Shown here piece by piece: positions 38,900 to 50,237 of a DNA stretch of 64,000 nt. Within the stretch, counting starts at the first letter, position 1. Each line of letters begins with the position of its first letter. The stretch spans positions 267,902,001-267,966,000 of the forward strand of contig OZ024742.1 of assembly GCA_964016885.1 (NCBI GenBank), read 5' to 3'. The translations under genes and the position numbers were made by a program. This stretch comes from Eledone cirrhosa. Its lineage: Eukaryota. Below the pieces are notes generated by a model. The model ran no database searches, was not told the origin of the DNA, and was given only the letters and a program-made list of their open reading frames with translations.

Positions 38900-41718
38900 A
38901 TTCCTTGAATCTCAGTCATTGATGTTGGTTAAATGGAAAGTCCGTTGGAATGAATATCAAGCCACTACCTGCAGCCTCAGATATTCAGGACGTATCGGAG
39001 GGTTCTTGCTGTTCCCAGCAAGCATGCCTTTTGAAGCGTTCCAAAAAGCGTGAAGTGGCCGATTTTCTTTAACCATCCCTGGAAACTTTTGGAGATAGTC
39101 CCCAGTGCGCCTATGACAATCGGGATCACTTTGACTTCATGGCAGTTCCAGATCCTTTTCACCTCCCACTTTAGTTCCTGGTATCGGTTAATTTTCTCCC
39201 TCTCCTTCTCTTGCACTCTCGTGTCGAAAGGGCAGGCCACATCCACAATCAGACACGATCTTTTTTCTTTGTCCACAACCACCAGGTCAGGTCTATTGTG
39301 TTCCAGTTTTTTGTCCGTCTGTATCCTAAAATCCCACAGCACCTTCACCTGATTGTTCTCCATCACCGCCTCTGGCCTATGCTCATACCATTTCTCAGAA
39401 TGTGGTAAATTGTTTACTTTGCACAGGTGCCAGTGGATCACCCTGTCCATCACATCGTGTCTCCAGCCCTTATAGTGGGTCTGGGCTAGGTGTTTACACT
39501 CGGACACAATGTGAGCCACAGTCTCCTCTTTCTCTCCACAGATCCTGCACAGTGGGCTAGCCTCCTCCTTCTAAATATGGTGCTTCAACCACTTCGTTTT
39601 GAGGGCCTGCTCCTGCGCAGCCATTAGCATTCCTTCTGTAGCCTTTTTGAGGTCTCCTCTTCTCAACCAGTTACATGTCTGTGGATCTCTAAATTCAGTT
39701 TTCTCAAAGAAGGTACTATGAAGGGATTTTCCCTTAAGGCTGCTCTTCCTCCTTGATGTTATTTCCTCCTTGGACATCCCCTGGCCTACTGTCCCCTCCT
39801 TCAGTACAGTTCTGAGCATTGGCTCCTTACTATAGGTTACGTATTTGTATAGGTTGTTTTTCTCCATCTGAACACAGTCCTCTATGCTGATAAGACCTCT
39901 TCCACCCTCAGATCTCCTTAGGTAGAGTCTATCGACATCACTCCTCTTGTGGAACATGTTGTAGATAGTCAATAGCTTCCTAGTCTTCCTATCCATTTCT
40001 TTTTGTTCAGCAACATTCCATCTCAGATTCCCGCACTGTACCTAATAATAGACACAGCTCGGGAATTTACTGCGCTTATGGCATTTCTGCTGTTCAGATG
40101 TGACTTCAATACGCTCCTTACTCTCCGAACGTATTCAGTTCTTAACAATTCCTTCATTTTTTTTTGTTCTTTATGCCATCAGCCTCCAGAACGCCCAAAT
40201 ACTTGTATCCTTCCTCAGAGTCAATTTCCTTTATCATCTCACCTGTTGGTATCTGGATCCCGTTACTTCTGCTCAACCTACCCCTCCTCATCACAATGAC
40301 TCCACATTTACTAATACCAAACTGCATACATATATCACTGCTGAAAATACGGACAGTGTCAACAAGCACATCCAACTCCTTCTCACTTTTCCCGAAGAGC
40401 TTAAGATCGTCCATGAAGAGGAGGTGATTGATGGTAAGCTCTCCCTTTCCCAACTTGTATCCTACTCTCACTTTTCGCAGCATAATGGTCAAGGGCATCA
40501 GGGCAAGGACAAACAACAGAGGGGACAGGTTATCTCCCTGGAAGATACCTCTCTTGATCTTCACGCTTCCCAAGGATACTCCAGTTGATGTCAACTCTGT
40601 CTCCCAGGACCCCATACTCCTGCCCAGCAACTGTCTGATGTTATCTGCCACCCTGAAGATCTCCAGGCTTTTGGTGATCCAAGAATGAGGCACCATGTCA
40701 AATGCCTTTCTGTAGTCTATCCATCCCATGGCAAGATCAGTGTGTCTCCTCCTGCAATTCCCAATTACCATCTTATCAATAAGTAACTGGTCCTTTGTAC
40801 CACGTGACTTCTTTCGGCATCCTTTCTGTTCGTCCGGTAACAAGTTGTTTGTGTGGAGGTGATGGTAGATTTCCTCAGACACAATGCTCGTCAACAGTTT
40901 CCACATTACGGACAGACATGTGATAGGTCTATAGTTGGTAACATCATTACCCTTGATTCGGTCTTTCATTATCAGAACTGTGGTACCTTTTGTCAACCAC
41001 TCTGGCACCTCACCCGACACCAAGCAGTCATTGAACATGGCCGTCAGCTTCGGGTGGAGGGATGTTAAATTTTAATCCAATACCCCTGCACACCATCTGG
41101 GCCTGGTGATTTCCAGTTGGTTAGTTTTTTGGCCTGCCCCTTAAGAGTTTCAACTGTGATACTCAAATCAGTTTGTTGGTATGCCTGCTCACCGATCTCC
41201 CTCTGTACTGTCTCAATCCACCCTGCCTGGACATTATGTATAACATCCTGCTCCCATATTCCTCTCCAGAATGTTTTAGTTTGCTCCGCCCCAGGGATCA
41301 AGTCGTTGCCTCTTTCTTTCCCCTCAAGCTGTCCAAACAGCATCTTCTGGTTGTTGTCGAACATGCGGTTCTGTTTATACTGACTGACTCTGTTCTCGTA
41401 TCGCCTGATTTTTGCACTCTTTGCTACAATGCGTTGCTTCAGTTCCTCTATGATAATATTTAGCTTTTTCCTCCTAGTTTTGTACTTTATTTCCAGTCTA
41501 TTTTTAGTGCCTATGTTTTTTAGTGTCCCATTCAGTAGTGACTCAAGCTTTCCTATGTCATTTCTCATTTCCCCGATTTGACCACTCAGTCGTTTCTTCC
41601 ACCACGGCTCTGCTCTTTCTTGTCTGTTGTTTCCTCTCGCTTTTATACCAAGTAGTTTCCTCACCGTATTTGCTGTTGCTTTGAGGATATTGTTGCACTG
41701 GTGAAGGCTCCTCGCCTC
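38900..41718 (-). mobile_element. R4/Dong-like element copy 3, 5'-truncated
   Basis: Same RT, CCHC and RLE motifs and highly similar to copy 2. (TTA)n on both sides. Confidence 0.92.
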
Positions 41719-41785
<67 letters not shown>

Positions 41786-44324
41786 GGCGACCTGCGTAGT
41801 AAATCGTATCATCGTGGGCTCCGCAAAGGTTTGTTATTTCCGTTTGTTAAAAATTGCCATTTGTGGAAAGTTTTTATTGTTAACTATATATAAGCGCACA
41901 TACATTGCTTTCCGAAAAGGACACCCAAAAAGATTGGGGCCTTGTGCCCAAAATTTAAACTTTTATGATTATCAAAAAGTTTCTTTGAAGAAGAAATGGC
42001 TAATTCACCTTTGCACCAAGCAGCTGAAGGCCTTCCTCGCAAATTAACACCTCACACCGACACCACCATTGTAAATGATACTACGTTTGCCAACACAAAC
42101 AATTTAAGCACTAGCAATGTTTTAAATTTGTCTCAGGCAGACATTCATTTCCCGCCATTACTGATGACTGCAGGTGTTAGAGCCGCCACCCCACCACACA
42201 CGCGGCAACCACCACCCCACCACCACCGCGACAACAGAAACAAAAGGAAAAAATAAATCAACTCGTGATGTCGAAATATTTGCAACCAAAATGGTCTCTT
42301 CCAAACCGAACTCCACTGACGTCACCATCACCACAACTGAAACTAAAATTAATAATAACAAAAATAACGATAGCAACAACAACAACAACAATGACTTTAA
42401 AAAAACCACCCTGAGTTTTGCCAGAGTAGCAAAACTGTGCGAAGCATTTACGGTAACTCAGGAGGAATTAGAAAATGCCAAAAAAATGGTAAAGAAAGAT
42501 GGGTACAGGGTCAGCCCCCCCTCCCCCACCTAATAAAATGGAGCATCGGCGCCTATGCACCGTGTCGTATCGAACAATAAATGTAAAATCGCGCCGAGGG
42601 GACGGGCATCCGAGTCCCAAATCCAAAAAGCTTTGGGACATGTCTGGGCAAGAAAAACCCACATCAGACGTGGGCAGAAGTATGGAACTCTGGACGTGTT
42701 CTTTGAAACACCAGAGGAGGCTAGAGAACACTCCATGGCCCCATTAAGAAGTGACGACTTCACACTCGTCCCAAGCTATTGTGGCCAGAGACTCGTAAAG
42801 ATCAGGGTGACCCACGTTCCACCGTCCATCGAAATTCCCTGGCTAATAGCGGCCGTCCTCGCCAGCATCGAAGCCAACACAAAGATAATAGCAATAGCAA
42901 AAGAAAAGCAGGAGTACTGGTCCGGATCTGGGATGGAGCTCCTGATCCAAGCCGACCAAAAAAGCATTGAGGAGATCCCAGAGGTAATAGACCTCACTGA
43001 CGGCAGCCACCTCACCGTAATTGGCGAGGGCAGAAGGCCTAGGTGTATCGTTTGTGGTGAAGGAACCCACCTAAGGGCTTTCTGCCCTCAGGCTAAAAGG
43101 TTGAGGCCACCTCTCCTACCCAGCCCAGTGACTCAACCATCAACACCACCAGTAGCAGAGATGGCAGCAACAACAGAAGCAACTATAAAAGCAACAACAC
43201 CAGCAAGAGTAGCAAAAGCAACACCACCACCACCAGCAAAACCAACACCACCACCACCCAACGCTTCAGAACTAGCACCAGCGCCTACACCATCCAACAC
43301 GCCACAACCAGAACTAACGCCTGTGGAGGATTTTACACTCCCCGGCCTATCACAACTGTAGACAGATTGTGACGACGAAGAGTGGGAAACGGTATCAGGA
43401 AAAAAGAAATGAAACCAAAAAAGAAAAAAAATCTCTTCCTTCCCCCTCCAAAAACAAAAGGCAGAGGGAAACAAATAAATTAAGAAACAAAAAGGTTAGG
43501 ACAGATATGCCACCATACACACCAGCATCACCAATCCCATCACCCCAAACACCAACACCATCACCATCAATAACCCCAACACCACCATCACCTACACCAC
43601 AAAAGTCACCAAAATGCGAAACAGAAACAAATCCACAACAAATGCAAACAAAACAAAACAACCAAAACGATACACACTACACAGCATTAAATTCCCGCCG
43701 AGGTTGACTTTGCCTTTCATCCTTACGGGCTCCATAAAATAAAGTACCAGTAATGCACTGGGTAATTGCTGGCCTTGTGCCAAAAGTAGAAACAATTAAA
43801 TTTGAACACCAAGCAATTATTACACTACATCCAACACAACACCAGCATCACAGAAAAAGACTACACAACAACCCAAAAATTCACACCCCCTCCACACATA
43901 CAAATCACTCGCATCACACAGAAAACGTACATAACACTAAAACAAAAATTCCCCAAAGACATCGGAAACTTCTGACAAGCACTCTCCAGGAGAATTTATA
44001 AGGACATCCTTCCTGAGGAGGCTACAAGCAGTGAAAAGGATGGAAAAACCGTCCTTCCTCTACGAGAAGTAAGGTAAGTGGCCTTTCCCATCTTTTCCAC
44101 TCTTTTTCAACATGACCTCACTCAGAATAGGCAGCATAAATGCGCGTGGCTTGGGGTCGTCATGGAAGCAGGGCCACCTGCTCAACGACCTCAGGTCACT
44201 AAACATAGATGTAGTGGCCATCATCGAGACCAGAATCTCCGAAGCACGGACCTTCGCACCGATCTTCGGCGGCTACGATGTGTACGCATCTCCCAGCCGT
44301 CCGGGATCGGGGGGTGGAGATGCT
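41786..44324 (+). mobile_element. Tx1-A copy 2: 5' UTR, ORF1 and start of APE; broken at about 44324
   Basis: Highly similar to 24043-26480. ORF1 ATG at 41996, ORF2 ATG at 44112. Confidence 0.9.
43694..43794 (+). mobile_element. SINE family 1, 5'-truncated, inserted in Tx1-A ORF1 with 8-bp TSD ATTAAATT
   Basis: TSD at 43686-43693 and 43795-43802. The empty site ACAGC-ATTAAATT-TGAG is seen in copy 1 at about 25951. Confidence 0.88.
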
Positions 44325-44861
44325 CATATTGTATCTGAGTGCAAACACCCAGCCCAGGCTCACTATAAAGGCTGGGGACACGATGTGATAGGCAGGGTAA
44401 TCCACTGGCATCTATGCAAAGTAAACAATTTACCAAATTCTGAGAAGTGGTATGAGCATAAGCCAGAGTCGGTGATAGAAAACGATCAGGTGAAGGTGCT
44501 ATGGGATTTTAGGATACAGACGGACAAGAAATTAAAACACAATAGGCCTGACCTGGTGGTTTTGCACAAGGTAAAAAGATCGTGCCTGATTGTAGAAGTA
44601 GCCTATCCATTTGACACGAGAGTGCAACAGAAGGAAAGGGAGAGAATTAACCGATACCAGGATTTAAAGTGGGAGTTAAAAACGATTTGGAACTGCCATG
44701 AAATCAAGATCGTCCCGATTGTCATAGACGCACTAGGTACTATCTCAAAGAGTTTCCAAGGATGGTTAAAGAAGATTAATCCAGCCCCGCTTTTTGGAAT
44801 ACTTCAAAATGCATGCTTGCTGGGAACAGCAAGAACCCTCCGATACGCCCTGAATGTCTGA
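44112..44861 (+). CDS. Chimeric 249-aa ORF: Tx1 APE N-terminus fused in frame to an R4-type RLE domain
   Basis: MTSLRIGSINARGL...PSRPGSGGG followed by AHIVSEC...RPDLVV...EVAYPFD...RYQDL. Expression is unknown. Confidence 0.45.
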   Translation: MTSLRIGSINARGLGSSWKQGHLLNDLRSLNIDVVAIIETRISEARTFAPIFGGYDVYASPSRPGSGGGDAHIVSECKHPAQAHYKGWGHDVIGRVIHWHLCKVNNLPNSEKWYEHKPESVIENDQVKVLWDFRIQTDKKLKHNRPDLVVLHKVKRSCLIVEVAYPFDTRVQQKERERINRYQDLKWELKTIWNCHEIKIVPIVIDALGTISKSFQGWLKKINPAPLFGILQNACLLGTARTLRYALNV

Positions 44862-44940
44862 GGCTTCAGGTAGCGACTTGATATTCATTTCAACAAACTT
44901 TCCAGTTAAATAAGATCAATGACTGTGACTCAAAGAACAA
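44322..44940 (+). mobile_element. R4/Dong-like 3' fragment (more diverged), oriented opposite to the other young copies
   Basis: RLE motifs, 3' UTR and (TAA)n tail on the + strand. Confidence 0.88.
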
Positions 44941-44954
44941 TAATAATAATAATA

Positions 44955-45143
44955 ATTGTTTCTACTTTTAGCACAAGGCCAGCAATTACCCAGTGCATGA
45001 CTGGTATTTTATTTTATCGACCCCGTACGGATGAAAGGCAAAGTTAACCTCGGCGGGATTTGAACTCAGATCATAAAGGGACGTAACTCTATGCTTCAAA
45101 TCATGGTGTCCGACTCTCTACCGCTACTGCCAATCCACCATCA
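44955..45143 (-). mobile_element. SINE family 1, apparently full length
   Basis: Minus-strand head GGTGGATTGGCAGTAGCGGTAGAGAG (A-box-like) and GAGTTCAAATCCC (B box). Tail GGCCTTGTGCTAAAAGTAGAAACA+(ATT)n, tail-to-tail with the R4 fragment. Confidence 0.85.
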
Positions 45144-45144
45144 G

Positions 45145-47380
45145 CAATGGACGTCGGATGTGGAGTTAAACAAGTAAATTATGTGGTCATAGAGTGTTAA
45201 TATTTGAGCAATCCTATAGATTAAAATGGGGTCCCTATCAAAGCATACCAACAACGAATGCATAAAAAAATGGAGAGAAAAAAGCTTGTTTCAACTCACA
45301 GAGCAGATGTTATATGACCTAACTAAGCAATGAGAAAAAATCACTGGTTAACAAAAGTGGAATTTGAAGCTGTCAAAAGACGGGTATCAGGAAACGGCAG
45401 TGAAAGAAATGATGCTGATGAAGGTCTTACTGATGAAGGTCTTGCTGATGAAGGTCTTACTACAGCGGAGGAAAAGGTTGGATAGATTTTTGGTAACCCA
45501 TAGAAACATGGTTGAGATAGTCTGTCTGGTGAGAAAAAGGTATGGAACAGAATAAAATTATTGAAAACCTAACAGGTGAACAGAAGACAATGGACGACAG
45601 AATAAAGGAAATGTTACAGGAGGACAATATAAATCTTATTTGCAACTTAAAGAGGGTTAACCAATGCAAGTTAAACCAAGAAAAATATAAAGTGCATGAA
45701 GTTATGAAATAAATCAAAACAGATAACATTATAGAAACAAATGACCTGTAAATTCAACAAGCATTGTTGTAGTAGAAAATATGTGTGTAAATATCAAGGC
45801 AAAGAAAAAGACTAACGGAGATCAAAACGAAAGCCATGGTGGAAAAAGTGGATTCAGGCCAGTCTGTGTTAGTCCGAAAAGAGTAGGGGAGCTAAAAACT
45901 GAAATAAAAATAGAGTAAGTATGGTAAGAAAGTATGACGTTGAAAAAAAGATCAATAAAAATATTAATGGAGGAACTCAAGCAAATTCTCATAGCAAACA
46001 GAAGCAAAAATAGCTAGATACGAACAAAGAATTAAGCAATATCATCAAAATAGACTATTCAGTCTAGACCAACAGAGATTTTACCGAGAAATAAATGGAG
46101 AGTGAATAGAAAAATTGATCATACCGAATAATACTGAAAGTCAAAAGTTTTGGTGCGATATTTGGAGCAATGGGAAGGAGCACAAGAAGATCGCTGTATA
46201 GTTAGAATTTAAACAAACAACAATTTACCTACAACAGACATAACAAGTAATTTCAGCTAGGAGCATGAAAGAAACCAGAAAGAAATATGAGGGCAGGACA
46301 GCTTTGTGCTTAAAATATATCACCAAAATGAATTCGATAGGCAAATACAGACCGATAACATGCCTACCACTTATCTGCAAATTATTGACTGGAATAATCA
46401 CAGAATCTATGTACCGGCATCTTGAAGAAAATGGAGTTCTACCAGATGAGGAGAAATGGGGCAAGCGTAAGTGCAGAATTACAAAGGACCGGTTTTTTAT
46501 AGACAAAACTATATTTAACGATAGCAAGAGGAGGAAAACCTATTAGATCGTGGCGTTTATCGATTACCGCAAAGCTTATGACATGATTTCGCAGTTTTGG
46601 ATTATGGATTGCATTAACTTATATGGTATTGCATCAAATGCTGAGCGATTCTTAAGGAAATGTATGAAAGAATGGTGACGGCCTATAGACGATATGGAGA
46701 TTTAGGAACAATAGAAACCAAGAGAGGTATACACCAAGGGGACATAATGTCACCACTGATGTTTGTACTGTGCATAATAGTGCTGATACAGATTCTGAGA
46801 AAAATTAAGGCTCAGTAGGACTTCAAAGATTTCCAACAAAAAACAACCATTTATTATTCATCGACGACCTCAAGCTTTATGGTTAGAACGAATCCTAGCT
46901 TGGTTCCCTCATTGATACTCATTTGGTGCTGATACCACAATGAAGTTCGACTTAAAAAGGTGTGATGCGTTAATCTTGAACAGAGGCAAAATTAGAAGCA
47001 TTGAAGTGATGGTGCTGTCGTTTTGAAAGGTTATGAAGCAAAAAGAAAAGTAAGGTTATAAGTATTTAAGTAAATTGGAGGTTGACAAGATAATGCAGGA
47101 GGTAATGAAGGAAACATTTAAGGTGGAATGCATGCGGAGACTCAGTCTTATTCTAAAGTCGAAACTGAATGAACGGACTAAGATGGAAGCTATGAATACA
47201 TCGGCAATTTGTGACAAATATGCACTTGACAGAGCTGAAAAGTGGTACGAACATAAACTTCAGGGCATTATCGAAAATGATGAGGCCATGACATTGAACA
47301 TATATTTATAAGATATGACAGTTTAGCTTGGAAGATTAAGCAGTTGTGGTCACTGAAGAAGGTGGTCGTAATAATAGTTT
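45145..47380 (+). pseudogene. Old, heavily degraded R4/Dong-like element (different family)
   Basis: VIEC*YLSNP N-terminal motif, EPWWK, YRPITCLP, IDYRKAYD, QGD, LLFIDDLKL, EKWYEH. Many stops and deletions. Confidence 0.8.
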
Positions 47381-47382
47381 TA

Positions 47383-47472
47383 GCAGAAATGCCCATTTGT
47401 GCCGTCCTCTATTTTCCTGTATTGTCCTTAATGTTTTACTTTGTGTCAACCCTTGTGGTTAATAAAGAAAGC
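47383..47472 (+). mobile_element. Tx1-A 3' UTR stub (about 90 bp)
   Basis: GCAGAAATGCCCATTTGT...CCCTTGTGGTTAATAAAGAAAGC+(ATT)n matches 29374-29462. Confidence 0.85.
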
Positions 47473-47506
47473 ATTATTATTATTATTATTATTATTATTG
47501 TTGTTA

Positions 47507-48059
47507 TTCCTTGAACCTCAGTCATTGATGTTGGTTAACTGGAAAGTCCGTTGGAATGAATATCAAGCCACTACCTGCAGCCTCAGATATTCAGGACGTA
47601 TCGGAGGGTTCTTGCTGTTCCCAGAAAGCATGCCTTTTGAAGCGTTCCAAAGAGCGTGACGGGGCCGATTTTCTTTAACCATCCCTGGAAACTTTTGGAG
47701 ATAGTCCCCAGTTCGCCTATGACAATCGGGATCACTTTGACTTCATGGCAATTCCAAATCCTTTTTACCTCCCACTTTAAGTCCTGGTATCGGTTAATTT
47801 TCTCCCTCTCCTTCTCTTGCACTCTCGTGTCGAATGGGTAGGCCACATCCACAATCAGACACGATCTTTTTTCTTTGTCCACAACCACCAGGTCAGGTCT
47901 ATTGTGTTCCAGTTTCTTGTCCGTCTGTATCCTAAAATCCCACAGCACCTTCACCTGATTGTTCTCCATCACCGCCTCTGGCCTATGCTCATACCATTTC
48001 TCAGAATGTGGTAAATTGTTTACTTTGCACAGGTGCCAGTGGATCACCCTGCCCATCAC
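47507..48059 (-). mobile_element. R4/Dong-like copy, 5'-truncated (RLE domain)
   Basis: ORF 47583-48059 with KWYEH and RPD. (TTA)n on both sides. Confidence 0.9.
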
Positions 48060-48123
<64 letters not shown>

Positions 48124-50237
48124 GAATGCCATGGTTGACGGAGGCTCAGTTCTGTAAGGTATTGTAAATTTTGTCCGCTATAACAATTGTAAATTGATTA
48201 AAATTTTAACGAAATTGTAGATAAAAACACCCTCCTCCTCGCGAGAGGGTTCTTTCTGCCCGTTATTTGGCCCTTCGGGGTTAAATAACCGCTTACTGGG
48301 GTTTTGTGCCCAATATTTATTTTAAACCAAAAAAAAACATGGTTACAAAAAAGAATGTTCTGAAGTCACTCCCACTCATTCCGTCTTCTTCTTCCTCAAT
48401 CGTCACTACAGCAGAGAGAAGATTGTCTCTCTCACTCCCTTCTCTAAATGTGTCTCTCTCCCTCCCTTAACTTTCGCAAGCGACGCCAGTAAAGAAAATA
48501 GTTTCCAAAATCACGTGCAAAACATGGAACATTTCTCCACGACGACGACAACGACGAAAACGGTGTGCGGTAAATACGAAAACCCATTTCATTCGTCTGA
48601 CGTCATGAATAATAGCAGTAGCAGCCGTAATAACAGCAGCAGCAGCAACAGTGAGAAAGAAAACAACATTAGCAGCCGCAGCAGCATCAGCAGCAGCATA
48701 AACAACAACAGCATTAGCAGCAACAGCAACAACAACAGCAGCAGCAGCGGCGGCGACAGTAGTCGTAGTACATGCAGCAACAACAAAAGTAACAGCAGCT
48801 CTGACAACAACAACAACAACAAAAGCAGCAAAGAAAAACTATCTCGTTTGCAGGTATCGCAAAGAACCTGGAAACCATCCTCATAACAAATGAGGTATTA
48901 CAGGAAGCAAAGAAGATGGTGACGAAAACCGGACACCGAGCAATCTGCAAGGCAGCCGAAACAATTTTCGAAACCCAACAGCAATGTACGGTCACGTACC
49001 GTACAGTAAGCACAAAATCCCGTAGGGTTGAAAGAGCCACAGAGGCTCAAATACAAAAATCTTAGGGTCTGTGTGGCAGCGGAAAACGCACATCACCCGA
49101 GGCAAGAAATATGCCACCGTAGACGTACTTTTTGCCACACTCCAGGAGGCAAAGGCTCAATCCTTAGTGACCCTAAGGAGCGAGGAAATGGTGTTGGTGC
49201 CCTCCTACTGCGGGCAAAAAATTGTGAGGGTCAAACTGACCCACGTGCCCCCCGGGATGGCCCCTTCTTGGCTGGCCGCGTCTGTCCTCGTCGGAATCTA
49301 GGACAAAACAACTGTACTGCAAGTACAGAAAAAAGTAAGAGAAGATTGGGTCGGCACATCCATTGAGATGTTAATCCAAACTAACCAGGAGTGCATCGAA
49401 GCAATCCCGCATGTGATAGACTTCGATAACGGCACTCAACTGCCCATAAGTGTTGAGGGCAAACGCCCGAAATGCTTTCGCTGTCGATCGAAGATTCACC
49501 TCAGGGCTTTCTGCAATGAGAAGACCTTAAGAAAGGAGAAAACCCCCTCCTTCCGAAACCGGCTCCACGGCTACCAGCAACAGGACAAACGGCAACCAGG
49601 AACGATAGGTCCGTGGCACCCATACCCACGACACGGAAATCAAGAACAGCAGCAGCAGTGGAAGTATTAACAATAACAACAGTAATACCAACTGCAGCTG
49701 CAACAGAGACTCCACTGCAAACATCACCAACAACAACAAGTGAAAGAGTGGAGCTGGTACCCCTCCCCGACCTCACAGAATCAGACATGGAGTATGAGGT
49801 GGGAGAGGGATGGCAAAAAGTCGCAAGAAGGCACAAACGCAGAAGCAGCGCATCGTCGCCTTCGAAAATGGAGGAAAGAAATGAAAAAAGGGTAAAGGCT
49901 ACTGCAAGGAGACTCACAGCAGCAACACCACCAACACCATCACCACTCACACTAGCACCACCATCACCACCGGCGACAACCCCACCGCCAACAACAACAA
50001 CACCTTCAATACGACCACCACAAGCACCAACGTCGCAAACACAACAAGACCGGATCGTGGCTTTGTTGCCACGACGCGCCCCCGCCACTCAGCAACAACG
50101 ACAAGAAAATAGCAGAACCACAGCCCACCCCCCAGAAAAACAAATGCACAGCAATAAATACACACAAGAAGAAACTAATGACTTACATAATTGAACACAT
50201 ACATTTCACAGTACGACTACATAATACCACCACCAGG
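48124..50237 (+). mobile_element. Tx1 subfamily C 5' UTR and ORF1 (degraded, 3'-truncated)
   Basis: RKTHITRGKKYATVDVLF and CFRCRSKIHLRAFC. Ser/Asn and Pro/Thr tracts. Confidence 0.8.

Noticed and set aside
26267-41664. RTs as bacterial retron, DGR or group II intron systems
   Set aside because: Domain order (APE-RT-zinc finger; RT-CCHC-RLE), tails and eukaryotic context identify non-LTR retrotransposons.
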